A DNA stretch of 63,261 nucleotides, the filler included, from Collodictyon triciliatum (Eukaryota): NCBI GenBank assembly GCA_043381765.1. It is 5 parts of 5 records of this genome, joined end to end, with 100 filler letters (N's around TTAATTAATTAA, not from the genome) between each part and the next. Parts side by side here need not be neighbours in the genome. Positions count along the whole stretch, not along the records: positions 60,394 to 63,261 come from JBHJMP010000247.1; 4 more parts are not named here. One strand, given 5' to 3'. Below are positions 62,429-63,261 of this stretch, piece by piece; position 1 is the stretch's first letter, and each line of letters starts with the position of its first letter. The translations under genes were made by a program, and so were the position numbers. Below the pieces are notes generated by a model that was given only the letters and a program-made list of their open reading frames with translations, was not told the origin of the DNA and searched no databases.

Positions 62429-62623
62429 ATGCCACTGCCGACCCTTGCTCTGCTCTCTTGGTTATCACTCTGGTTGTCTCGCTTCCTTGTCTCGGGCGCC
62501 GCTTTCAATGTTCCCATCGACCCTGGTGGCCGCGAGTGCTTTCTGGAGACACTCGCCGTGGATCAAACATTGCAGTTAAACTATCGCGTCCTTGAGGGAG
62601 ATTCATTTCTAATTAAAACAACG
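62429..62623 (+). CDS. p24/emp24/TMED-family GOLD-domain cargo receptor, first exon
   Basis: Signal peptide followed by FNVPIDPGGRECFLETL...LNYRVLEG, the typical p24 start. Donor ACG|GTGAGC at 62623. Confidence 0.75.
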
Positions 62624-63261
62624 GTGAGCCCATGGCTAAGTTTTTTATATTCTTTTCTTCTTTTTTTTTATGCTCTTTTTTCAGCTTGTTTAAGCTTTTT
62701 TTTTTTTATCACTTTCTGAATATTTTCTAACTTTTTATGGGCTTTTTTTGTGTTTTAGTAGGGGGCTGCATTACACCGCCCCTCCATTAATATATATTTG
62801 TGTATATGCATACAATAATTATGGAGCATTTAATTCAAAGAAGAGAATAAAAATAGGTATATGGACCGAGAAAAGAAGTTTTATTTGAAGAATCCCATAA
62901 GTCCAGTGGCGTTTTCCAGGTCCGTGAAAGTCCTGGGATTTTCACTTTTTGCTTTCACAATCCAGCTGAATCAGGCACTGAGAAGATTGTCAGTTTTTAT
63001 ACTGCGGTATACGAACCCACTCGAATCGAAGGAGCTGATGAAGGTGTGATAGATAAATTTAGTTTGGCTAAATTTATGAAAATGCTTAGCCTTACATTTG
63101 AACAAAATTTCAATCATAACATTATTTTGCTTTGCTTTGCTTTATTTTATTTATCTTATTTATTTTATTTTATTTATTTTATTTATTTTATTTATTTTAT
63201 TTATTTTATTTATTTTATTTATTTTATTTATTTTATTTATTTTATTTATTTTATTTATTTT

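Noticed and set aside
1-63261. Alternative genetic code, CRISPR arrays, U12-type introns, telomeric arrays
   Set aside because: TAA, TAG and TGA all terminate conserved genes. No repeat-spacer arrays, RTATCCTT donors or (CCCTAA)n tracts were seen.

Overview
Eukaryotic DNA, probably from a protist, that is intron-rich and gene-dense and uses the standard genetic code. It is not contiguous: four artificial 100-nt linkers (N44-TTAATTAATTAA-N44) join five scaffolds (1-21855, 21956-30196, 30297-46554, 46655-60293, 60394-63261), and seven further N100 gaps sit beside microsatellites. Most entries in the ORF track are microsatellite artefacts, so genes were spliced by hand. Scaffold 1 carries the RAD50 3' end, a 37-aa OST4 missed by the ORF track, an MFS-like membrane protein, WDR7 and a membrane class III cyclase with two degenerate catalytic domains. 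Scaffold 2 carries a Fused/STK36 kinase. Scaffold 3 carries a PIP-box-bearing C-terminus, a candidate intronic box C/D snoRNA in a spliced non-coding host, two tandem paralogous type I surface proteins with SEA-like modules, and orphan genes. Scaffold 4 carries a bacterial-type NagB-PIG-L fusion with a GC-AG intron, an R2R3 Myb, a YdgJ/IolW-like oxidoreductase and a double B-box protein. Scaffold 5 carries the 5-oxoprolinase 3' end and the first exon of a p24/TMED gene. No tRNA, rRNA, CRISPR array or recognisable transposon was seen. All family calls come from motif recognition, with no database search.
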